From Octopus bimaculoides (taxonomy: Eukaryota), in contig NC_068987.1 of the NCBI RefSeq assembly GCF_001194135.2, positions 102,413,623 through 102,452,536 on the forward strand: DNA of 38,914 nt, in the 5' to 3' direction. The position numbers were made by a program, and so were the translations under genes. The notes under the pieces are model-generated. The model was not told where the DNA came from. It made no database searches and saw only the letters and a program-made list of their open reading frames with translations. The number at the start of each line of letters is the position of its first letter. Position 1 is the first letter of the stretch. Of the stretch, positions 37,001 to 38,914 are shown piece by piece.

Positions 37001-37629
37001 AATCCGGCATTAGGAATTTCGTTTCGGGTATGCTTTGTATCACAAAACTTTATATGTTACATCAGGTAGGTTTCTCTCATTGTTTTTGTATGGCCTAAAC
37101 TTTAAAAAAAATAATAATAAAATGAAAAGAAGTTGTATAAATATTCAGTGGGTGAAAAGTGCATTTGTTAATAAGTTGCAACTGGCAGGAATGTTAGAGA
37201 AATTGTTAAGGAAGTCTGCCAAACTACCTCGAATGTTGAAGCAAAGGTATTGTGGTAAAGAATTAAAGAAGAATTAGGAGTATGGAAAGCATTCGTTTAT
37301 GTAGTAAATACAATATGAAAGGATGTAGACAACAAGTTTGTGCGACTGAAATACCGCAATTCAAATGTTATTGACTGCATTGTTTCGTATATATAGCAAA
37401 TTCATTTAAATATGGCTATCACACTCTAACACGTAAAAATAAAAATGAGACGTAACCTAAATACAAGATTCCACTGTTATACACAGAAGATTTCTTGAAA
37501 GAGACTGTTGCAACGAGTTCTAATTAGCCTATGGTCTTGCCACTCGGGAAACAAATATCAACTAAATCATATTATAATTATATTCTATTGCAATTGTGAA
37601 CAAGAAAATCATTGAATGAATTACATAAC

Positions 37630-37812
37630 TTAGTACTGAACTATACTGAAATTATTGATCCAAGTAAGAGTTTCGAATACGGGATAATAGGTATCATGTA
37701 GGTGGTCAGCGAAATAGTTTGGGACAAAGATTCCATATCGTAAGGAACCAACATCAAATCCATAGCTCTTGGTGAGAGCATGAGCCCCTCCTTTCAAATT
37801 CGAACATGCCAT
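37630..37812 (-). CDS. Candidate 60-aa ORF or first coding exon
   Basis: ATG start, non-repetitive peptide, ~80 bp from ETS-like motif. No clear donor site and no family recognised. Confidence 0.25.
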   Translation of the reverse strand: MACSNLKGGAHALTKSYGFDVGSLRYGIFVPNYFADHLHDTYYPVFETLTWINNFSIVQY

Positions 37813-37889
37813 TTAAGTTGTTGTTCAACAAAACGATTCCAGTGAAAGTACTAATAGGATAATGGTATCGATTGAAATTGAAATAAATA

Positions 37890-37943
37890 GGCGGAACTTC
37901 CGGAAATCACCTAACAATATAGGCTGTGTCTCAGGCATGCGCA
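37890..37943. promoter_or_regulatory. Candidate promoter: ETS-type ACTTCCGG and partial NRF1-type GCATGCGCA
   Basis: acttccgg at 37896-37903 and gcatgcgca at 37935-37943, in repeat-free DNA. Confidence 0.4.
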
Positions 37944-38764
37944 GCAGAGCAATTATATTGCATAGGAAATATGATTCGACTTCGAAAACACAGCTTTATA
38001 GGAGCAAATATTAAGTTATCCCGCTACAACTTGTACATAAGGTTTCGCAATATTCCACTCTAATGTCTCAAATTAATTCTTTGCCATTTGGGACTTATTT
38101 ACAAACACATTTTCATTCACTTCACCACTAATACCTATTTAATTATAATAATCTTTTTTTATATGAAATACGGGATTACGCCCAAAAATAGAAATAGAAA
38201 TATAGTCAATGTCTAATTGATTTTTTTATTTCTTTCATCGGATACATTTTCTTCTTCAGCTTCTCTGGTACATATGCACACAAAACAAATCTAAGAGTTT
38301 ATATTTTAAGAGAGAAAGAGAATAAAGGAGACATAAGGAAGATGCGAGATGCCACATAGTGTGTGAACTACGGAGAAAAGCGATAAACATTTGTGAACAA
38401 ATAGAGTGTGACAGATAGGGGCAGAGAGTGGAAGGAGAATAGGCCACACAATGAATAGGAAGAAATACTGACGATGGTAAACAAGAAATATTAAGTTTGG
38501 CAAAAAGAAAGGCAAAGAAAAAGGAAAGCCTGAGGGGAAATAGAAAATAAGCAAAAAGGAGATTAAAAGACTATAAAATGAGAGGCGTGAAAAAGGGAAT
38601 GTGAAGCCGAGAGTACTAGAGAATGGTAAACCCTGAGGGGGGAAAAAAACCAAGTCACTGGATCATGCCAATGTTTATCAGTTTGTACATACATCTGTAT
38701 ATATGTATATGTATGTGTGTGTGCGTACACGTGTATGTAAAAGTTTGTGCGCGTGTATGTGTAT

Positions 38765-38872
38765 GCGGCTATCTTTGAATGCATCGGATATAGCTTTTCA
38801 GCATTAGTTACGCATCTCTGCGCTACAAGTTCAAATACGTGGACGTTAGGTCTGCTTTTCATCCTTTCAGGA
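38765..38872 (+). mobile_element. Highly degenerate family A SINE
   Basis: agttcaaatac...gtctgcttttcatcctttc. Confidence 0.45.
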
Positions 38873-38914
38873 ACAGTCTTGCAAATGGAGTAGATTCTCC
38901 TGACTTTTATTTTA

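Noticed and set aside
1-38914. CRISPR arrays, rRNA or prokaryotic operons
   Set aside because: No repeat-spacer array, rRNA-like sequence or dense long ORFs; the sequence is eukaryotic intronic/intergenic DNA.

Overview
Repeat-rich, AT-rich eukaryotic draft scaffold with seven N-gaps, all next to microsatellites. The SINE families and microsatellite density look like an Octopus/coleoid cephalopod genome; this is my recognition and is not database-verified. Most ORFs in the supplied track are microsatellite artefacts. The best coding signal is absent from the track as a whole: four GT-AG exons on + (229-309, 7528-7659, 8435-8521, 8589-8751), all joined in phase 2. They give a stop-free ~153-aa C-terminus of a protein I cannot assign, followed by AATAAA. 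Recognisable transposon remnants are a CR1/L2-type LINE 3' end, a mariner 5' fragment and a Penelope-like element with a GIY-YIG domain, plus several tRNA-derived SINE families. The most notable unexplained structures are fold-back ones: a ~150-bp-arm inverted duplication at 26.8-27.2 kb, a (TAG)n/(CTA)n hairpin and inverted SINE pairs. There are also local duplications, a TSD-bounded SINE dimer and an ETS/NRF1-like promoter candidate near 37.9 kb. I found no convincing new biological system; the findings are leads to test.
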